NCBI GenBank assembly: GCA_034722955.1
Contig: JAYEOM010000001.1
Span: 75,160-114,771 of the forward strand
Source: Campylobacterota bacterium
Lineage (GTDB): Bacteria; Campylobacterota; Campylobacteria; Campylobacterales; Sulfurovaceae
Length of the DNA stretch: 39,612 nt
Direction: 5' to 3'
The stretch's first letter is position 1. Each line of letters opens with the position of its first letter. Below the pieces are notes generated by a model. The model saw nothing but the letters and a program-made list of their open reading frames with translations, was not told the origin of the DNA and made no database searches. Below are positions 39,329-39,612 of this stretch, in pieces. A program made the position numbers and the translations under genes.

Positions 39329-39612
39329 TCACCAGTAGCACCTAAAGTGGCACCTTCGTACAGATCTCCTTCGCCTTTTACCTCTAGGGTTTTGTTCTAT
39401 ATATAGCATCAGTGTATAGAGATAGGCTTCATCTGTTACGAACCAAGATTTAAATCTTCCTTGCCATAAGTGTCCTGATCTTCTGTATTTTTTATTGAAG
39501 TAGATGGCATAGTTCATACCCAGCTGTCTCATAAATTTGGATAGGTTCTCTTGTTGTATCTCTAGTAATATATGATAGTGGTTTGTCATAAGGCAGTAGT
39601 TGTGTATAGTGA
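39329..39612 (-). pseudogene. truncated Y1 HUH transposase, RAYT (REP-associated tyrosine transposase)-like; 5' end outside the window
   Basis: Frame open from the window edge: HNYCLMTNHYHILL (HUH), GHLWQGRFKS and YIEQNP (catalytic Tyr plus NP). An unrelated Arg-rich tail and stop follow instead of the usual C-terminal motif. Confidence 0.8.

Overview
Mostly core chromosome of a Campylobacterota (epsilonproteobacterial) bacterium, probably Sulfurovum-like; the taxon is inferred from gene content and order. Housekeeping blocks: rnhB; topA-DAACS symporter-bioB-CPA2 antiporter; recA-eno-ftsB-like-secreted Lys-rich protein; dnaX; ferredoxin-ndk-DUF177-rpmF-plsX-fabH-ymdB; pilT-rplY-pth-lptF/G-lysA-pheA-hisC-small ORF-dxs-metK; ubiE/menG-xseA; groES-groEL; tRNA-Met(CAT). 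Accessory genes: a secreted SGNH/DUF4214 protein, a Sel1 protein, an orphan GAF hybrid histidine kinase, and a tandem pair of membrane-anchored degenerate-GGDEF/EAL proteins (one intact EAL, one altered). Structure not explained by the ORF track: rpmF (50 aa), an HspR/HAIR-like operator, a 328-bp element with 24-bp terminal inverted repeats and an imperfect 9-bp target duplication between groES and tRNA-Met, a truncated RAYT-type HUH transposase joined to another reading frame just past the tRNA, a REP-like hairpin, a probably leaderless bioB, and an A9 run in dnaX that could yield a gamma-like subunit. I see no CRISPR array, rRNA or clear defence system. The best candidates for new biology are the active/degenerate EAL pair, the dnaX slippage site, the mobile-element remnants around tRNA-Met, and the Lys-rich protein in the AMIN-protein slot. 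No database searches were run.
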